A stretch of DNA of 64,000 bases from NCBI GenBank assembly GCA_951406725.2, contig OX597832.1, forward strand, positions 19,468,001 through 19,532,000. The letters are read 5' to 3'. The stretch comes from Octopus vulgaris (taxonomy: Eukaryota). The translations under genes and the position numbers were made by a program. Positions within the stretch are counted from its first letter, which is position 1; every line of letters begins with the position of its first letter. Shown here piece by piece: positions 55,431 through 64,000 of the stretch. Under the pieces are notes generated by a model, which was not told the origin of the DNA, ran no database searches, and was given only the letters and a program-made list of their open reading frames with translations.

Positions 55431-55691
55431 GACCCCCCACACACATATACATATATATACATATATATACACACAATTTAGATTCAGTTGAATTAGGTAC
55501 TTAAGTTGAAGTACCAAGACAGCCTGGCATTATCTACAAACCTCGAAGTAAGGTGAATGATATCAAAATAAGCAACAGGATATCAAGTAGGGATGCAGTA
55601 CGACCGTTTCGAGCGACTTCATATAATTGGTTCAATTAAATGGAGCCGCTTGAAACGGTTGTACTGCATCACTTCTCGTTATCCTGTTGCT

Positions 55692-55723
<32 letters not shown>

Positions 55724-56177
55724 CATACATACTTGCATACATTCATACATACATACAAACATACAAACATGCATAGATATATATATATTTACATATATAT
55801 GTTTGTGTGTGTGTGTACGATTACACATATATGAATGTAGTAGGTAGTCACTAAACACAGTAGTCTATATTTGCAAATTCTTCTTCCTTTTTTTCCTCTT
55901 CCTTTTTTTTTCTAATAATAATATTGATTTATGCAGACATTCCCATATCAAAACCTCGCAAAAACAGGTTGGCCTAGATATAGTAGCAAAATGTTCGTAG
56001 GAACTTCTGTCACTATGTAGTACACTCACAACTTGTCAGTTAGCCCCCCCCCCCCCAGGCAATGGTTCAGGAAATATTACCAAATTGCCGCGCGCAGTTT
56101 GACAAAACTCGAAAACGCTTGCTTCAAGTGGACATCGTAAACACATGCACACGTACATACGTACGTGTGTATGCGTA

Positions 56178-56213
<36 letters not shown>

Positions 56214-56564
56214 CGTGTGTGTACGTGTGTGTGTTTATACATGCAGACAAACCAAAGACACACATGTTACAGATACCTGTAAGCATTTCCCAAATGTATG
56301 TATTTTTGCTTAAATTTCTTCGTTTAACGCTTGTCTATTTCGTCCATTAACACTTCCTTCTCTATCGGACCTTTATTTATGTGTGTATTAATGTACATAT
56401 TTACCTGCAGTGTATATGAATGTGTGTGTGTGTGTGTGTGTGTGTGCGTGCGTCTGTGTGTGTATGTGTGTGTGTAGAGAAAAACATACACACACTCACA
56501 CACATGTATAAACACGTGTATTAAGATATATTAAACTTTAATCGCCATCACGTATGGGAGCTCC

Positions 56565-56726
56565 CATGTATGTCAATGTGTGTTTGCATGCATGTATGTG
56601 TGTATGCATCCATGTATGCATGTATGTATGTATGTTTGTATGTATGTATGTATGTATGTATGTATGTACGTATGTATGGATGCATATATGCATGCATGTA
56701 TGTATGTATGTATGTACGTACGTACG

Positions 56727-56760
<34 letters not shown>

Positions 56761-56998
56761 TGTATTTATGTACGTATGTATGGATGCATATATGCATGCA
56801 TGTATGTATGTATGTATGTACGTACGTACGTATGTATGTATGTATGTATGTATGTATGTATGCATGTATGTATGTATGCATCCATGTATGCATGTATGCA
56901 TGTATGTATGTATGTATGTATGTATGTATGTACGTATGTATGCATGCGTGTATGTATGTATGTATGCATGTATGTATTCACCTATCTATCTATCTATA

Positions 56999-57039
<41 letters not shown>

Positions 57040-57135
57040 GTCTATCTATCAATCTGTCTATCTCTCTGTCTGTCTGTCTGTCTGTCTGTAAGTCTATCTG
57101 TCTATCTGCTTGTCTCTGTCTATCTATCTATTTAT
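56565..57135. repeat. (TATG)n-(TATC)n-(TGTC)n compound array
   Basis: Direct reading. Confidence 0.95.
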
Positions 57136-57685
57136 TCATATCCCCCTCTCTCTCACTCACACACACATATATATATAGGTATATACATGTCTATGTATGC
57201 ATACATAGGTACGAATATATCTATACGCACTCACATACACACACAAGCACACATACACACACACACATAAACACACAGACAAGCATGCGTACTCACACAC
57301 AAGCACACACACACACACACACACACATACACACATATCCAAAATCGTAAATTGTGTATATATAATATATATAATAAGCATTCTTATTGTTATAGGAGCA
57401 ACGGAAACATAAGTTAAATGTAAAAATCAAAGTGGAAAAATAAATCAACGAGTACAATATATTTAAGTAGATGTTATTTTGAAGTTTCCTGGAGTGTTCT
57501 ATTGATACGTATGTCATCCAGTTGAGAAGCGATCGATACAGTGTGAAGAAATAAAATAAAGCGAAAGCAAAACATGCAAATATATATATATAACTTTAAT
57601 CAATAAATCGAAATAACTGAAGCAGCTACATATAAGCCACCCACTGAGTTGTTGATATCGATTGTATGTATGTGTGAGAATGTGC

Positions 57686-57745
<60 letters not shown>

Positions 57746-58123
57746 ATATATATGTATGTATATCTATATATATGTATATATATATATGTATATCTATATA
57801 TATGTATCTATATATATCTCTATATATGTATATATATATATATGTATATGTATTATATATGCATATATGTATATTCTATGTGTATGTGGTATATATGTAA
57901 ATATATATGTATATATATTTATATAGGCAACTGTACGTGCATATACATTTGTGTATAAGGTGGCGGTGTATGGGTATACACACGTGTTCATGTTTATATG
58001 CATGTGCTTGTCAGCGGCAGTGTAACTGGTTAAATATTGGTGCATATATATTTAAATTCAGTTTTTAATATACTATACATAAATATAAATATACACATAT
58101 ATATGTATATATATATAAATATA

Positions 58124-58175
<52 letters not shown>

Positions 58176-58228
58176 CAAACAGAGACATACACAGACACAC
58201 ATACACATATGCATCTATACTGGTATTA

Positions 58229-58269
<41 letters not shown>

Positions 58270-58786
58270 CCTTCTTGGACACACACACATTCAACACACA
58301 TATGTGGTGGTTAAAATATTCCATGGTTCAGCCGCACTCAGATAGAGAGAAGCACTTTTAGCATATACGAGCGGATCGAATTTTACAGCTGTTCTTCCTT
58401 GTTTAATCTAAAATTCTCATATATGCGACGGCTTGCCTACAATATATGCGTCTGGGCATATAGATCTTTTAATTGCTCACTCACTCGCAGATGCCAACTC
58501 TCACTTCTCCCCGTTGCACTCCCCCTTACACTCTTTTAGCATAATTGTTGCGTGAGATTACTGCTGGCGAGGCATCCATATTTTTTACCCATGCCATTTA
58601 ATCAACCATATTGCTATGCGTGCACTTAGCATCTAATTACAGGCTTCTGCATGTCTACATATACGCGCACGTGTGTGGGCGTGTGTCTAGGTGCATGTAT
58701 GTATGTGTGCGTGCATGCATGTTTGTATGTATGTATATGTATACACACACACACGCGCGCACGCATATACATTATATATATATTGT

Positions 58787-59105
58787 GGAGGCGTGTGGCT
58801 TAGTGGTTAGGGTGTCAGCATCATGATCGTAAGATTGTGGTTTCGATTCCTGGACCTGACGACGCGTTGTGTTCTTGAACTCAGCTAGCAAAATCGAATA
58901 ACGCTGCGATGGACTGATGTCCCGTCCAGCTGGGGAACACATACGCCATTGAAACATGGAAACCGGGCCCATGAGCCTGGCTAGGCTTTAAATGGAAGCA
59001 TTTAAAGCTCTGCGATAGACTGGCGTTCCGTCCAGCTGGGGGAGACACATACGTCACAGAAACCGAGAAACCGAGCCCATGAACCTAGCTAGGCCTGAAA
59101 AGGGT
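58787..59105 (+). mobile_element. SINE family D with tandemly duplicated tail
   Basis: tggcttagtgg A-box, gtttcgattcc B-box; ctgcgat.gactg..gt.ccgtccagctgggg...cccatga.cct.gctaggc occurs twice. Confidence 0.85.
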
Positions 59106-59231
59106 GACGTCTAGTGTTATATATATATATACATAAACATATATAAATATATATATCTGTGTGTGTATGTTTGTGTGTGTTTCTTCAGAGGCGTTGGTTC
59201 GTATCCCACCGCTGCCATGTGTGATATTTTA

Positions 59232-59398
59232 GGCGCAGGTAAGAGGCTTGCTGTGTGGTAAGAAGCTTGCTTCACAACCATATGGTTCTGAGTTCAATCC
59301 CACTGTGTGACACCTCAGAAAAGTGTCTTCTCCTGTACCCTCGGGCCGACCAAATCCTTCTCAGCGGTTGGTAGAAGTAAACTGAATGAATCCCGTCG

Positions 59399-59451
<53 letters not shown>

Positions 59452-59550
59452 TTGTGCCACGTTACCATCGCTTGACAACCAATGTTTCTGTGTTTACGTC
59501 TCCATAAACTAGCGGTTCGGCAAAAGTGACTGATAGAATAAATACTAGTC
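59232..59550 (+). mobile_element. SINE family A, diverged and 3'-truncated
   Basis: gctgtgtggtaagaagcttgcttcacaaccatatggttc head through gcggttcggcaaaa...gatagaataaatactag. Confidence 0.8.
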
Positions 59551-60386
59551 TTTCAAATTTTGTGTCAGCAAACAAGAATACATCTGAATATGTTGGCGAC
59601 TGTCAAGTGAAAGGAGAGGTAATTTTATGATACAAATAAATTTCCGGCGTAAATTTAGGTAATGATTAGAACTAGACACGTTGTTCTTTATTTGAGGTAA
59701 ATGAGAAAATATGATCACATTTTCGTTCTATTTTTCATTCTCAGTATTACCTAAGTGATTTTAGTTGTCAAGAAATGAATATAGACCACATTATAACAAA
59801 ACAAAAAAGTCTTAGGTAAATAACTCAAGGACGCACATTTCAGAAGTTTTGATGTTTCATGCTTCCGTTCTTCGGACGACAATATTGGATAAAATAGCAA
59901 AACGCCTAAATCAGTTATGAATTCTTCAAAAAAAAAAAAAAAAAAAAATTGGCGTTATTGTTGTTGCCTGCATTTTCGCTGTATTCATCGTCCTCAATTT
60001 AAACATCGGCCTAAGTCATCGATGTGATCCGTTATCATCTCATTATTATACGTCACCATCACAAGCGCGGAACAAAAAATATTATATAAAAGAAATTCAG
60101 ATTTTTGTAAAGGTTAAGGTCACTTTATGACCAGAGCTCGCCCAAAATGCTCCACTTCCATGTCTGCTTCGGGCGTCCTCGCTTCCTTTTCCCCTGCGGG
60201 TTACAGACAAGTGCTTGTCGTGTCACATTTGAGGGTTCTTTCCACGGTGTGTGTCGTTTCCCACAGGTGGGTGTTTGACACGTCGAAATGTAAATTCCGT
60301 TTGGAAATTCTCCCTGAAGAAATTCCCAATTGACAGGTTACAAATATGGGAATTTGAATTAATAATTTGAATTATTATTATTATTA

Positions 60387-60471
<85 letters not shown>

Positions 60472-60534
60472 CATTATTATTATTATTATTATTGTTGTTG
60501 TTGCTGTTATTATTATTATCATTTCGATTATTAT

Positions 60535-60556
60535 TAGTGACTTGAACAACAACAAT

Positions 60557-60627
<71 letters not shown>

Positions 60628-60810
60628 CAACAATAATAATAACAGCGAAAATATACCTTAGGAATTTCCCCAAAACACCTGATGAATGCTGGAGAGTATA
60701 TCAGCCGAAACGTTGTGCTAATAACAAATAAGATGAGGATAAATATACGTCGAATCTAAATAATGTAAATAACGTACATAATTCCTCATTTCTTAAATAT
60801 AGAATTGAAT
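60535..60810 (+). mobile_element. Second, 5'-truncated copy of the hammerhead-bearing tRNA-SINE
   Basis: agtgacttgaa (end of head) + (AAT)n + cgaaaatatacc-ttaggaat + hammerhead + aagatgaggataaatat...taaataatgtaaataa, collinear with the reverse strand of 42170-42640. Confidence 0.75.
60674..60719 (+). ncRNA. Minimal type-I hammerhead ribozyme motif
   Basis: AACAC CUGAUGA A U GCUG-GAGAGUAUAU-CAGC C GAAAC GUU GUGCU: canonical CUGAUGA and GAAA boxes, stems I and II, palindromic AACGUU stem III. Confidence 0.65.
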
Positions 60811-61808
60811 TTTACTGTTTTAATAATGCCGTCCGTGAAACCAAATTTTTTCTAGAATTAGCAAGAACAAACATGGAACCCGTGGAAGAACAATCAGGCA
60901 GAATACTCTAACTTAAACAATTCGTTGAAAATGCTACACAACTACTAATACAATAGAAAGTAACGAATAAGAAAACTACAAAACTATTTTTTACTATATT
61001 TTAGAAGCCACCGATTTTTATGCATTGAGAGCCTAGGTTTCTAACAGCAGAGGTACTATCTCCATGATGAATTACCTCTTTCGAAGATCTGCTCTCATAC
61101 AAAAGCTGAAATCGTCTTACTGATACAGCAAATATATGTCCTATGATGATGTCACCATATTAATTCTTAAACTCATCAGTCCTATACTGCCATTTCCTTT
61201 AAAACCTCAATTTCCTCCTAATCCATCATATTTTTGTTCTGCTTCTTTACTTTTCGATTATTAGCTTTTTTTGTTTTATTTATTTTTATTTTTATTTGAT
61301 TTGTTTGTTTTTTTTTTGTTTAGTTTTGCTTCGTTTCTTTATTGCGTTTATTATGTGTTTACGCTCTTTTCAGATCTATTTCCTTGAGTTTATCCTTCCA
61401 CACACATACACACACACACACACTATCCATATTGCTACATACGCATAATATATACACACTCAAACATACACACGTATATATATATATATATATATATGTA
61501 TAGATACATGTGTGTGTGTGTATGTATATATATACATATGTATATACGTATATATACACATACGTATATGTATACGTGTATATATATGTATATATATACA
61601 TATATATATGTATGTATATATATATATATATATATATACATGCACATATGTATATGTGACTGCGCACATTCATGTACATGCATATATTTATTTGTACCCT
61701 TCTACATACACACATACACACACATACTGTCAATATTGCTACATACTAATAATATATACACACTGAAACACGCGTATATATATATATGCACACGCACACG
61801 CACACATA

Positions 61809-61862
<54 letters not shown>

Positions 61863-61934
61863 CACATATTTGTATATTTGTGTGTATTCATACAAATTCA
61901 TACACACATAATTTCCTCATCAAATTCTTGTAAA

Positions 61935-63320
<1,386 letters not shown>

Positions 63321-63692
63321 TCGGTCGTTGTTACTGTTATTTTCTTGTGTTTATCACAACAGTTTGATGTTGTTTTTTCTATTTCTTTTTTTCTTTTTTG
63401 GTTTCTTGTTGCTTCGGTGATGTTTTGTTTTCGTTTTCGTAGCTTTCTTTCCTGTTGTTCACCAGCATGTCTCTCTCATATGATCTCTATCTACCCCCCT
63501 CTAATTCTCCATTCTCTCTCTCTCTCTCTTCTCGCCCTCTCTCTCTCTCTCACTCTATCCTTGTTAGTCTTCCAATCGTAACACCGGGACATCCCCTACT
63601 CAACGCCACTTCATCTTGCCACCCTCAGTCACGCCATAGTTTGTCTTCAGCCTTTGTCTTGCTTCATATCGTTCATAATTATTTACCACTTC

Positions 63693-63694
63693 AC

Positions 63695-63779
<85 letters not shown>

Positions 63780-63790
63780 GTTATTACTAC

Positions 63791-63841
<51 letters not shown>

Positions 63842-63901
63842 TACTATTATTATTATCATCATCATCATTATTATTATTATCATTATTATTATTATAATTA
63901 T

Positions 63902-63932
<31 letters not shown>

Positions 63933-63942
63933 ATCATTATTA

Positions 63943-63976
<34 letters not shown>

Positions 63977-64000
63977 CATCATTATTATTATTATTATTAT
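63693..64000. repeat. (ATT)n microsatellite
   Basis: Direct reading. Confidence 0.95.

Overview
AT-rich, repeat-saturated eukaryotic non-coding DNA (intron or intergenic). The repeat make-up looks like a coleoid cephalopod, probably octopus (inference). I find no intact protein-coding gene, tRNA gene or rRNA; nearly all listed ORFs are translations of microsatellites or SINEs. The window holds (TA)n/(CA)n/(TATG)n/trinucleotide arrays, dozens of copies of at least four SINE families (my labels A-D, plus an old family E), a deleted mariner, a pogo-like MITE, Helitron-like pieces, CR1/L2-type LINE fragments and Penelope-like (PLE) remnants, including a recognisable GIY-YIG domain. The most interesting signal is a set of minimal type-I hammerhead-ribozyme-like motifs. 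Two copies belong to a composite element with a tRNA-like Pol III head, an (AAT)n spacer and a hammerhead with a palindromic stem III (an SM-alpha/retrozyme-like SINE); others sit in PLE termini inserted into (TA)n/(GA)n tracts. There are also several fold-back inverted duplications and a visible LINE-SINE shared 3' hairpin. Coordinates of degenerate repeats are approximate (about +/-10 nt); no database search was possible.
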